Shown piece after piece: positions 26,982 through 36,325 of a DNA stretch of 64,000 nt. The stretch spans positions 21-64,020 of the forward strand of contig JBKDXM010000051.1 in the NCBI GenBank assembly GCA_046306335.1, written 5' to 3'. Made by a program: the position numbers and the translations under genes. Every line of letters begins with the position of its first letter. Within the stretch, counting starts at the first letter, position 1. This DNA is from Planctomycetota bacterium (GTDB lineage Bacteria; Planctomycetota; UBA1135; UBA2386). The notes beneath the pieces are model-generated. The model did not search any database and was not told where the DNA came from. It was given only the letters and a program-made list of their open reading frames with translations.

Positions 26982-27395
26982 TCAGCCCTGGAACAGGATG
27001 TCGTCGGTGCTCGAGCCCGGCGTCCGCTTCGGCCGCGCCGGCGCGTCCGTGCGGGTGTCGATGATCAGTTGGTCGCTGGGCTTGAAGATGATCGTCTCCT
27101 TGTTGGCGACGTCGATGCTCTCGCCGGTCAACGGGTGCTTGTACGCGCGGCCCTTGCGGATGCGCCGCTCGAACGTCCCGAAGCCCTTCACTGCGACCTT
27201 GCCGCGGCCGCGCAGCAGATCGCTGACCGCGTCGAGAACCGCGTCGAGCACGCGGGCCGCAGTGCGGCGCGGAACGTTCAGCTCTTCGGCGACCTGGTCG
27301 GCGAGGATGCCCTTGTTGGCCTGCCGGCCGAACGCGTCGGCGTCGGCGGCGGTGGCCGTGTTCTGCACTGCATTCTGGTTGGTGGTGCGCGTCAT
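26982..27395 (-). CDS. HU/IHF-family DNA-binding protein with N- and C-terminal extensions
   Basis: Core: ILADQVAEELNVPRRTAARVLDAVLDAVSDLL..GKVAVKGFGTFERR.RKGR...P.TGE.I. About 27 extra aa at the N-terminus and about 25 at the C-terminus. Confidence 0.8.
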   Translation of the reverse strand: MTRTTNQNAVQNTATAADADAFGRQANKGILADQVAEELNVPRRTAARVLDAVLDAVSDLLRGRGKVAVKGFGTFERRIRKGRAYKHPLTGESIDVANKETIIFKPSDQLIIDTRTDAPARPKRTPGSSTDDILFQG

Positions 27396-27460
27396 GAAAC
27401 TCTCCGTTGCCTCTTGATGCGGGCTCTCGCCCCTTTGCCCAATGTCGGATGCCCCTTCCC

Positions 27461-28291
27461 TCAGGCCTTCGCCGCCGGCTGCGCCGGCTGCGCCGGCTGC
27501 GCCGGCTTGCCGTCGCCGACGTAGCGTTCGAGCGCGGAGACCAGTTTGCCCAGGTACCGCGACGCGACGCTGTTCGGGAAGACCTCGCTGAAGGGCGCGC
27601 GCTTCAAGACGGCGCCCTCAACGGAGCTATCTTCCGGCATCAGACCGAGCCAGTTGAGGTCGAACTGCAAAAAGCGCTCGGTGCAACCCTTGAGCTTGAG
27701 GAACACCTGCTCGGCCTCCTCGGGCGAACGGACGCGGTTGGCGACGCAGTGGATCGGTTTGCGGTATCCGTCCTGCACGATCACCTTGACGATGCCGTAG
27801 GCGTCGGCGATGGCCGCGAAGTTGCTCGTGGTGACGAGGATCGTGTGGTCGGCGATGCTGACGAAGTCGGTGACGCCCTTCGACACGCCGGCGCCGGTGT
27901 CGAGCAGGATCACGTCGCAGAACGGCGAGAGCTCGTCGACGGCCAGGCAGATGCGGGCGCGGCCGTTGTCGTCGAGGTTCGCCATCTCCTTCACGCCGCT
28001 GCCGCCGCTGATGAACTTCACCTTGCACGGGCCCGTCTCGATGATCTCGGCGAGTTCCGCCTTGCCGTCGATGTAGTCGGAAAGCGTCCGCGCGGGCTTG
28101 ATGCCGGCCAGGATGTGGGCGTTGGCGAGGCCCAGGTCGGTGTCGATGATGATGGTGCGATGCCCTCGTCGGCTGAACTCGCACGCGAGGTTGACCGACA
28201 GCGACGTCTTGCCGACGCCGCCCTTGCCGGACGTGACTGCGAAGATCGTCGCCTTCTTCCCCGACGTCGACGGTTGCGCTTGCTCGGCCAT
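27461..28291 (-). CDS. MinD/ParA/FlhG-family P-loop ATPase
   Basis: ATG at 28291. Deviant Walker A TSGKGGVGKTS, then IIIDTDLGLAN and ILLDTGAG. C-terminal (PAQ)3 repeat. Confidence 0.85.
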   Translation of the reverse strand: MAEQAQPSTSGKKATIFAVTSGKGGVGKTSLSVNLACEFSRRGHRTIIIDTDLGLANAHILAGIKPARTLSDYIDGKAELAEIIETGPCKVKFISGGSGVKEMANLDDNGRARICLAVDELSPFCDVILLDTGAGVSKGVTDFVSIADHTILVTTSNFAAIADAYGIVKVIVQDGYRKPIHCVANRVRSPEEAEQVFLKLKGCTERFLQFDLNWLGLMPEDSSVEGAVLKRAPFSEVFPNSVASRYLGKLVSALERYVGDGKPAQPAQPAQPAAKA

Positions 28292-28683
28292 GGTTGCTTG
28301 CTGGATTCGTTCCCCTCGGACCCTCCGTTGATCGGCAGCCGCCGTCGCCGACCTTGTGTCCAACTCGCCGACGGGTGGCTTGCCCGGTCCTGCCGTCGTG
28401 TCCGCCGTGGCGGTCCGGCACGGGACGTGGCGGTGTCCGGGGCGCAAAGGACCTCGGGAGCGCGAGGTCGACGGGCAGCGGCGCCGGCCGCCCGCGGCGT
28501 CCGGTCCCTGTTGCCGCCGCAGGTCCAAGCCATCGGCCGGATGGCGCCATTCCGCTGGCTGGCGCCTGGTTCGTCGCCGCCGTCTCGAAACGAGCCGTCG
28601 CGGGGCGCGCACCCGCTGCCGACGACGAGGATTCCCTTTACCTTGTGGCGGTGGGTCGCTACCGTCTCGCGCCCGATCGCTAC

Positions 28684-28759
28684 GGGGTCGTAGCTCAGTT
28701 GGTAGAGCGACGCGTTCGCAATGCGTAGGTCAGGGGTTCGACTCCCCTCGACTCCACCA
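28684..28759 (+). tRNA. tRNA-Ala (anticodon CGC), CCA encoded
   Basis: Acceptor GGGGTCG/CGACTCC includes the G3:U70 Ala identity pair. D-arm GCTC-AGTTGGTA-GAGC. Anticodon loop TTCGCAA. T-arm AGGGG-TTCGACT-CCCCT. Confidence 0.9.
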
Positions 28760-28766
28760 GATCGAA

Positions 28767-28805
28767 GAGCCCCCGGTCCACAAGGCCGGGGGCTCGTTCA
28801 TTTTT
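28767..28805 (+). terminator. Rho-independent terminator of tRNA-Ala
   Basis: Perfect 10-bp stem GAGCCCCCGG/CCGGGGGCTC (28767-28776 and 28786-28795), followed by GTTCATTTTT. Confidence 0.75.
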
Positions 28806-28810
28806 CGGGC

Positions 28811-28900
28811 GTTGGTGCCGTAGCGAAGCGCGGTGCCGTAACGAAGCGCGGTGCCGTAGCGAAGCGCGGTGCCGTAGCGCAGCGCGGTGCCGCAGCGCGG
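28811..28900. repeat. Tandem 18-bp direct repeat, about 5 copies (consensus CGCGGTGCCGTAGCGAAG)
   Basis: Copies read directly from the sequence: GTTGGTGCCGTAGCGAAG, CGCGGTGCCGTAACGAAG, CGCGGTGCCGTAGCGAAG, CGCGGTGCCGTAGCGCAG and the degenerate CGCGGTGCCGCAGCGCGG. No spacers. Confidence 0.85.
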
Positions 28901-28936
28901 CGGCGCGCCTGGGCGGCGCGCTGCCGCGACGGCCGT

Positions 28937-30487
28937 TCAGAGGTTGCCGACCGTGCCGCGGATGCCGTTGCTGGTGATCGCGCCCAGCGCGTTGACCTGA
29001 GGCACCTGGAACACGGCCGACGTCGTGTGCAGGTTGAGGTTCAGCAAGGCGGGGTTGCTCGGGATCGGCAGGCTGTACGGGTGCGTCGCGCCCGTGACGA
29101 CCCAGCCGAGCGTGACGTCGAGGCTGGCGCGCAGCCCGCAGGTCGGCGCGCCGAGGAACGACAGGTCGTTGATGCCCGGATCCGCCAGGCCGATCACGTC
29201 GACGCCGATGAGGCCGGTGGCCGGAATGTTGCTGACCGAGAGGCCCCAGGTCGTGCCGGTGACCGGACGCGAGGTGGCGGCGAGGGACAGCGGCGGCACT
29301 TCCGGGCTGGCGTTGTTGGCGAGCAACTGGGCGGCCGACGCGGTCGGGTAGTCGATCGACCCCGGATCCAGCGAGGCGCCCGGCGCGGTGACGCCGACCA
29401 AGTGACCGGATCCGAACGTGCTGGTCGTGTTGTTGTCGATCGTGACGAACACGATCTTGACGAGGCCGCTAGCCAGATCGAACTGGAACTGCAACGTGCT
29501 CGGGTTGGCGACGCCGGTCGGGTAGTTCTCGACGCCGTTGAACGTGATGTACAGCACGCCGGAGACCTCTTCGGCGAGGATCTGGCCGCTGCCGAGCTCG
29601 GTGACGTTGTAGTCGTGCCACGCATAGATGCCGCCGAGCGCGCTGTTGAGCATGCCGTTCGCGGTCGGCGTGAAGGAGTTGGTGCCCGGGTAGTCCAGCC
29701 CGGCGCCGCCCCACGCGACGATCGCGTTGCCGCTGACCAACAAGCTGGTCTGCGGGCCCTGCGGCGTGGCGAGCGGTCCCGACGTGAGCGTGTAGGTCAC
29801 GACGCCGTCGTCCGCCGTCGCCAGCGGCGTTCCGGCGACCGGCGGCACGAAGAAGGTGCTCGCCGTGCCAGCGAGCCAGACACCCTGGTAGCCCGTGCCC
29901 GTCGGGTTCAGCAGGAGGGTGCTGCCGGCCAGGGTAGTAGCCGCTGGCGCTGACGTCGTGAAGCGCTGGGAAAAGGAGTTGGCCGAGAGCACGCACCCGG
30001 CGCCGAGTGGCGTGTTGTTGGCGGTCACCGAACCGGTCGGGCCGCCGGGGCCGCTGACGTTCAGTGAGAAGGCGCCGGTGGCCCCGTTGTAGCCGCCGAC
30101 GCGGATGTAGAAGGAACCGCCCGCGGGCAACGTCGCGGTCAGCGACGACTGCAGGCCGCACGAGTCGTCATTGCAGCCCAGCGAGGTCAGCGACCCGCAG
30201 GCACCGTCGAAGATCTGGATGCAGGTGTCGAAGCTCGCCACGCCGCAGGTGGTGACGGTCAAGGAGCCGGCCGCGCCCGAGACGTACACGAACCAGGCGT
30301 CGTTGCCACCTAGGGCGCACGGCCAAGTCGATGTCGTCGTTGCGCCGACGTTGGTGTAGGGGCCATTGACGCCGTCGACAACGGCGATCGCGCCGGCACA
30401 GTCGTCGTTGGGCACCTGGGCGAGCAAGGCCGCGGAACTGGCGGCCGTGGCCGCGAGAACGTGCAGGAGATTGACGGGGGAGCGCAT
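28937..30487 (-). CDS. Hypothetical secreted protein with a Cys-rich N-terminal domain; Thr/Ser/Gly/Asn/Val-rich
   Basis: Signal peptide [24 protein letters not shown]. The N-terminal domain is bracketed by NDDC...CNDDSC and contains 8 Cys. The rest is beta-rich with very few charged residues. Confidence 0.6.
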   Translation of the reverse strand: MRSPVNLLHVLAATAASSAALLAQVPNDDCAGAIAVVDGVNGPYTNVGATTTSTWPCALGGNDAWFVYVSGAAGSLTVTTCGVASFDTCIQIFDGACGSLTSLGCNDDSCGLQSSLTATLPAGGSFYIRVGGYNGATGAFSLNVSGPGGPTGSVTANNTPLGAGCVLSANSFSQRFTTSAPAATTLAGSTLLLNPTGTGYQGVWLAGTASTFFVPPVAGTPLATADDGVVTYTLTSGPLATPQGPQTSLLVSGNAIVAWGGAGLDYPGTNSFTPTANGMLNSALGGIYAWHDYNVTELGSGQILAEEVSGVLYITFNGVENYPTGVANPSTLQFQFDLASGLVKIVFVTIDNNTTSTFGSGHLVGVTAPGASLDPGSIDYPTASAAQLLANNASPEVPPLSLAATSRPVTGTTWGLSVSNIPATGLIGVDVIGLADPGINDLSFLGAPTCGLRASLDVTLGWVVTGATHPYSLPIPSNPALLNLNLHTTSAVFQVPQVNALGAITSNGIRGTVGNL

Positions 30488-30793
30488 GGGGCGGGGAGAC
30501 GTCGGGGAGTGGGTTGGAGTGGGGTTCGGCGTCGAAGGACGCGGAGCGCCCGGCGCTGGACGACCGCCTCGGCGGGCAGGTTCCGTTGCCGGACCGCGCC
30601 GCGCCGGCCGCGTCCCGCCAGCGATCGACCGGGCGGGCGCTGGCGTCCCGGCGGCGAACTCCCGGACGCGAAGACGGGGGCCGGGCGGCGTGGCCTTCCA
30701 CGACGCAGACTCCTAGGATCTCCGCCCCTAGAACGCGGCGCTCGTGTCATTCGCGCGGCCCGCCGGCGTTGCACTCCTTCGACCACCTTCCCC

Positions 30794-31978
30794 ATGGGCC
30801 GACCTGTACTCGTTGCCGCCTGCCGCACCGCCATCGGCAAGTTCCAAGGCGCCTTGGCCTCGTTCTCCGCGCCGCAGCTCGGTGGCCTCGCCGTCGCCGA
30901 GGCGCTGCGCCGGGCGAAGGTCGCGCCCGACGCGGTCGAGGAGGTGCTGATGGGCAACGTGCTGCAGGCTGGCCTCGGGCAAAACCCCGCCCGGCAGTCG
31001 CTGCGCGCCGCCGGCATCCCGGACGCGGCGGCGGCGGTGACGATCAACAAGGTCTGCGGCTCCGGCCTCAAGACCGTGATGCTGGCGGCCCAGGCGATCA
31101 AGGCGGGCGACCTCAAGGTCGCCGTCGCCGGCGGCATGGAGTCGATGTCCAACACGCCGTACTACCTGCCGACGGCGCGCACCGGCGCGCGGCTCGGCCA
31201 CACCCAGGCGCTCGACGGCATCGTCTGGGACGGCCTGTGGGACCACTACAACAACTTCCACATGGGCAACACCGCCGAGCTGGTCGCCAAGAAGTACGGC
31301 GTCAGCCGGGCCGACCAGGACGCCTATGCCGCCGAGAGCCACCGGCGGGCGGTCGCGGCGCAGAAGGCGGGCGCGTTCGACGCCGAGATCTGCAAGGTCG
31401 AGATCAAGCAGAAGAAGGGCGACCCGATCGCCTTCCAGGTCGACGAAGGCCCGCGCGCCGACTCGACCGCCGAGGCCCTCGCCAAGCTGCGGCCGGTGTT
31501 CCAGCCCGACGGCGGCACGGTCACGGCCGGCAACGCCAGCACGATCAACGACGGCGCCGCCGCGGTGGTGGTCTGCGACGAGGACTGGGCCAAGGCCCAC
31601 GGCATCCAGCCGCTGGCGCGCATCACCGGCTACGCCACCGGCGGGCTCGCGCCCGAGTGGGTGATGATGGCCCCCGAGGTCGCGACCAGGAAGCTCTGCG
31701 CCATGCTGAAGGTCGCGCCCGGCGACTTCGACCTGTGCGAGATGAACGAGGCGTTCGCCGTGCAGATGGTGGCGCTGCAGCGCGAACTCGGCGTCGACGC
31801 CGCCAGGTGGAACGTGCACGGCGGCGCGGTCGCGCTCGGCCACCCGATCGGCTGCTCCGGCACGCGCGTGCTGGTCACGCTGCTGCACGCGCTCGTGCGC
31901 CACGGCAAGGCCCGCGGCATCGCCGGGCTTTGCCTCGGCGGCGGCAACGCCGTCGTCCTGTCCGTCGAGCGTTGCTGA
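30794..31978 (+). CDS. Acetyl-CoA C-acetyltransferase (thiolase II)
   Basis: ATG 30794. Motifs [10 protein letters not shown] (active Cys), [17 protein letters not shown] and GLCLGGG. Confidence 0.9.
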   Translation: MGRPVLVAACRTAIGKFQGALASFSAPQLGGLAVAEALRRAKVAPDAVEEVLMGNVLQAGLGQNPARQSLRAAGIPDAAAAVTINKVCGSGLKTVMLAAQAIKAGDLKVAVAGGMESMSNTPYYLPTARTGARLGHTQALDGIVWDGLWDHYNNFHMGNTAELVAKKYGVSRADQDAYAAESHRRAVAAQKAGAFDAEICKVEIKQKKGDPIAFQVDEGPRADSTAEALAKLRPVFQPDGGTVTAGNASTINDGAAAVVVCDEDWAKAHGIQPLARITGYATGGLAPEWVMMAPEVATRKLCAMLKVAPGDFDLCEMNEAFAVQMVALQRELGVDAARWNVHGGAVALGHPIGCSGTRVLVTLLHALVRHGKARGIAGLCLGGGNAVVLSVERC

Positions 31979-32016
31979 GTCCCCGCGTCCCCGAACCGCA
32001 CCCAACCCGGATCCCC

Positions 32017-32880
<864 letters not shown>

Positions 32881-32902
32881 GCCGGCCGCCGCTCCGGACG
32901 AT

Positions 32903-32952
32903 CCCGCCGCCGAACCGATTCCCGCCGCCGAACCGATTGCCGCCGCCGAACC
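32903..32952. repeat. Direct repeat CCCGCCGCCGAACCGATT x2 plus partial third copy, just upstream of the acyl-CoA dehydrogenase SD/start
   Basis: 32903-32920 and 32921-32938 are identical 18-mers. 32939-32952 repeats the first 14 nt with one change. GGAAG lies at 32954-32958 and ATG at 32964. Confidence 0.8.
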
Positions 32953-32963
32953 AGGAAGATGCC

Positions 32964-34139
32964 ATGACTGCCACCGCCGCCGCGCTGTCGCCGCAGATCA
33001 CCGACTTCCAGCTGTCGCCCGAGCTCGCGTCCTTCCGCGACTTCGTGCGCGACTACTGCCGGAAGCACCTCGGCGACGCCGCGCGCTACGACGCGAAGGT
33101 CGAGTTCCCGCGCGATCCGGTGGCCGCCGCCGCCAAGCTCGGCCTGTTGCGCACGACGGTGGCGAAGGAGCACGGCGGCACGGCGATGGGCAACCTCGCC
33201 AGCTGCGTGATGCTGGAGGAGATCAACGCCGTCTGCGCCTCGACCGGCGTCACCATCAGCGTGCACAACTCGCTGGTCAACTCGCTGCTGGGCAAGTGGT
33301 GCAGTGAGGAGCAGAAGCGCCGCTGGTTCCCGAAGCTGGTCACCGGCGAGTGGCTCGGCGCGTACTGCCTGTCGGAGGCCTTCTCCGGCTCCGACGCCGC
33401 GGCACTGCGCTGCGAGGCCCGCAAGGAGGGCGACCACTTCGTGATGAACGGCGCCAAGCTGTGGATCACCACCGGCAGCGAGGCCAAGCTGTTCGTCGTC
33501 TTCGCGCGCACGGGCCCCGACCGCGTCAAGGGCATCTCGGCGTTCGTCGTCGAGCGCGACTGGCCCGGCGTCGGCGTCGGCAAGAAGGAACGCAAGCTCG
33601 GCCTGCGCGGCTCGCCGACCACCGAGATCGTGCTGGAGAACGTCAAGGTCCCGGCCGACTGCCTGATCGACAAGGAGGGCAACGGCTTCCCGATCGCGCT
33701 CGACACGCTGGACGGCGGGCGCCTCGGCATCGCCTCGCAGGCGCTCGGCATCGCGCGCGCGGCGGTCGACCTGATCCGGACCTGCCTCGCCGCGCAGGTC
33801 GACGCCAAGGGCCGGCCGACGGCGACGCAGCCCGACCAGTGGACGTTGGCCGACCTCGCCGCCGACCTCGACGCCTACCGCTTCCTGACGTGGCGCGCCG
33901 CGATCCTGCGCGACCAGGGCGTGCGCTGCGGCACCGAGTCGGCGATGGCGAAGCTGTCGGCCTCGCGCCTCGCCAACCGCGCGGCGCGCGCCGCCGTCTC
34001 GATCCTCGGGCAGGCCGGCGTCGACGGCACGACCGCCGCGGAGCGCATCCTGCGCGACGCCCGCATCACCGAGATCTACGAGGGCGCGACCGACATCCAG
34101 CGCCTCGTCGTCGCCCGCGGTCTGGTGGCCCCGGCATGA
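32964..34139 (+). CDS. Acyl-CoA dehydrogenase (short/butyryl-chain type)
   Basis: ATG 32964. Motifs GAYCLSEAFSGSDAA, WITTG, GIASQALGIA and EIYEGATDIQ. Confidence 0.9.
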   Translation: MTATAAALSPQITDFQLSPELASFRDFVRDYCRKHLGDAARYDAKVEFPRDPVAAAAKLGLLRTTVAKEHGGTAMGNLASCVMLEEINAVCASTGVTISVHNSLVNSLLGKWCSEEQKRRWFPKLVTGEWLGAYCLSEAFSGSDAAALRCEARKEGDHFVMNGAKLWITTGSEAKLFVVFARTGPDRVKGISAFVVERDWPGVGVGKKERKLGLRGSPTTEIVLENVKVPADCLIDKEGNGFPIALDTLDGGRLGIASQALGIARAAVDLIRTCLAAQVDAKGRPTATQPDQWTLADLAADLDAYRFLTWRAAILRDQGVRCGTESAMAKLSASRLANRAARAAVSILGQAGVDGTTAAERILRDARITEIYEGATDIQRLVVARGLVAPA

Positions 34140-35236
34140 GCGCGCTGCCGCCGGACGCCGGCGCACCGCCGCCGGGAGTGCCGCCGCAGTCGCCGCAGTG
34201 GCCCGGGCAGGCGCCGCCGCCGCGCGAGGCCCGCGGCGTGTCGTTCTTCGTCGCCATCTTCCTCGGCATCCTGCTGGTGGCCTCGGGCGGCCTCAACGTG
34301 CTGCTGCTGCTGGTCAGCGTCGGCAGCCTCGCCGGCGCGGGCCTCGGCGCCGACGCCGACGGCGTCGCCTACGACGAGGTCCACATCGCCGGCGAACGTG
34401 GCGCCAAGCACAAGGTGCTGCAGATCGGCGTGCGCGGTGCGATCGCCGAGGGCAGCTCGCCGCTGATGGGCGCGCCGGGTGGCACGGTCAGCCACATGAA
34501 GCGCGCCCTGCGTCGGGCCGCCGACGACGACGTGCTCGGCGTGTTGCTCTACGTCGACTCGCCCGGCGGCGGCGTCACCGACTCCGACGTGATCTACCGC
34601 ATGCTGCGCGACTTCCGCGGCAAGCACCCGGACAAGCCGGTGCTGGCGCTGTTCGGCGACCTCGCCGCGTCGGGCGGCTACTACGTCGCCGTCGCCGCCG
34701 AGCGCATCGTCGCCCGCCGCACCACGATCACCGGCAGCATCGGCGTCATCATGAGCAGCTGGAACTTCGCCGAGCTCGCCAAGCGCCACGGCGTCGACCA
34801 GATCGCGATCAAGTCGGACCGCACGCCGTACAAGGACATGCTGTCGCCGACGCGCGCGATGACCGGCGAGGAGAAGGCGATGCTCACCGGCATCGTCGAC
34901 GAGCTGTTCGACCAGTTCGTGTCGGTCGTCGACGAAGGCCGCGACAACCTCGACCGCCAGGGCGTGCTGAAGGCCGCCAACGGCGGCGTCTACACCGCTA
35001 CGCAGGCGCAGGCGCTCGGGCTGATCGACGAGATCGGCGACCACGACACCGCGCTGGCGTGGTTCCAGCAGAAGCTCGGCAAGCCGGTCGCGGTCGTCGA
35101 GCCGCGCCGCCGTGCCAGCCTCGGCGACCTGCTGTTCGGCGCCGTCGCCGCCCGCCAGGGCGCCGACCCGGTCGCCGCATTGCTCCGACAATCCACCGGA
35201 CCCCGCTTCCTCTACTACTGGGAGGGCGGCCGCTAG
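34136..35236 (+). CDS. sppA: Signal peptide peptidase SppA (36K type)
   Basis: ATG 34136 overlaps the acd stop (ATGA). TM segment FFVAIFLGILLVASGGL, then VDSPGGGV, ASGGYYVA and TGSIGV. Confidence 0.85.
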   Translation: MSALPPDAGAPPPGVPPQSPQWPGQAPPPREARGVSFFVAIFLGILLVASGGLNVLLLLVSVGSLAGAGLGADADGVAYDEVHIAGERGAKHKVLQIGVRGAIAEGSSPLMGAPGGTVSHMKRALRRAADDDVLGVLLYVDSPGGGVTDSDVIYRMLRDFRGKHPDKPVLALFGDLAASGGYYVAVAAERIVARRTTITGSIGVIMSSWNFAELAKRHGVDQIAIKSDRTPYKDMLSPTRAMTGEEKAMLTGIVDELFDQFVSVVDEGRDNLDRQGVLKAANGGVYTATQAQALGLIDEIGDHDTALAWFQQKLGKPVAVVEPRRRASLGDLLFGAVAARQGADPVAALLRQSTGPRFLYYWEGGR

Positions 35237-35249
35237 CCGCACGCACCGC

Positions 35250-36308
35250 ATGCACAACCTCCAGCTGACCGAAGACCAGGACATGATCGTCGACACCGTC
35301 CGCAAGTTCGTCGCGGACGAGGTCGCGCCGAAGGCGCAGGAACTCGACGAGCACCGCACGTTCGCGCGCGAGCACTTCGACGGCCTCGCCGGCCTCGGCG
35401 TGTTCGGCCTCTGCGTCGGCGAAGCCGCCGGCGGCGTCGGCATGGGCCTGCTGCCCTTCGTCGCCGCGCTCGAAGCGGTTGGCGCGCAATCCGGCTCGCT
35501 GGCGCGATTGTGGATCGGCCAGGCCCAGGCCGCCGCGGCGCTCGAAGCCGCGGGTGGCGACGCCGGCAGCGCCGCGCTCGGCGACGTGGTGGGCGGCGCG
35601 CTCGCCGCCTTCGTCGGGCCCGAGCACGGCGTGACCGTCGCAGGCGGCCGGCTGAAGGGCATGGCCCGCCTCGTCCCCGGCGGCGAGGCTGGCCGCTTCG
35701 TCGTCGCCGCGAGCGACGCCGGCGCGCCCGTGCTGCTGCTCGTCGACGCCGCCGCGTGCAAGCGCACGGCGCTGCGGGCGCTCGGCCTGCAGAGCGCGGC
35801 CTGCGTCGCGGTCGACTTCACCGGCGCCACGGCGACGGTGCTCGCCACCGGCGCAGCCGCGGCTTCAGCCGTCGCCAAGGCGCAGCTGGTCGGCTGGGTC
35901 GGCGTCGCGGCGGCGGCCATCGGCGGCGGCTTCGGCGCGATCGCCGCGGCCAAGAAGCACGCCGGCGAGCGCATCGCCTTCAACAAGCCGCTGCTGGCCC
36001 AGGAAGCCGTGCAGCGCAAGCTGGTCGAGTGCCGGCGCGCCGTCGACGGCGCCCGTCAGCTCGCGTGGCACGCTGCGCGGCTCTGCGACCTCGGCCAGGA
36101 CGCGACCGAGGCCGCCATCTCGGCGCGCGTCGCCGCCGTCGACGCGATGGTCGCCGCGGCCGACGAGGCGATCCAGATCCACGGCGGCTTCGGCTACACC
36201 GTCGAGTACCACGTCGAGCGCCACGACCGCGACGGCAAGGTGTTCGAGGTCCTCGACGGCGGCGGCGAAGCGCTGCGCAACCGGCTCGCGGCGCTGCAGC
36301 TCGCCTGA
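35250..36308 (+). CDS. Acyl-CoA dehydrogenase family protein (short, Ala/Gly-rich middle domain; possibly non-canonical)
   Basis: ATG 35250. N-terminal LTEDQDMIVDTVRKFVADEVAP and C-terminal AIQIHGGFGYTVEYHVERHDRD are ACAD-like. The central domain is poorly conserved. Confidence 0.6.
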   Translation: MHNLQLTEDQDMIVDTVRKFVADEVAPKAQELDEHRTFAREHFDGLAGLGVFGLCVGEAAGGVGMGLLPFVAALEAVGAQSGSLARLWIGQAQAAAALEAAGGDAGSAALGDVVGGALAAFVGPEHGVTVAGGRLKGMARLVPGGEAGRFVVAASDAGAPVLLLVDAAACKRTALRALGLQSAACVAVDFTGATATVLATGAAAASAVAKAQLVGWVGVAAAAIGGGFGAIAAAKKHAGERIAFNKPLLAQEAVQRKLVECRRAVDGARQLAWHAARLCDLGQDATEAAISARVAAVDAMVAAADEAIQIHGGFGYTVEYHVERHDRDGKVFEVLDGGGEALRNRLAALQLA

Positions 36309-36325
36309 GGCGATGGCGGCGGCCG

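Noticed and set aside
27478-27507. A 9-bp tandem repeat (GGCTGCGCC x3) as a regulatory repeat.
   Set aside because: It lies inside the 3' end of the MinD/ParA-like CDS and simply encodes the low-complexity (PAQ)3 tail.
28292-28683. The long intergenic region upstream of tRNA-Ala as a structured ncRNA (RNase P, SRP, 6S or tmRNA) or a parS-like repeat array.
   Set aside because: I could not find the conserved cores of these RNAs, for example GAGGAAAGUCC for RNase P. Only a weak imperfect direct repeat (CGTGGCGGT..CCGG twice) is present, which is not enough to call anything.
12541-28759. A genomic island bounded by tRNA-Leu and tRNA-Ala.
   Set aside because: The interval holds core housekeeping genes (xseAB, lipB, trxA, apbC, a sigma factor). 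There is no integrase, transposase or att-like direct repeat of the tRNA 3' end, and codon third-position bias is the same as in the flanks.
28811-28900. A possible CRISPR array, given the regular 18-bp repeats.
   Set aside because: The repeats are directly abutting with no spacers, the unit is too short, and there are no cas genes or leader. It is a simple tandem repeat.
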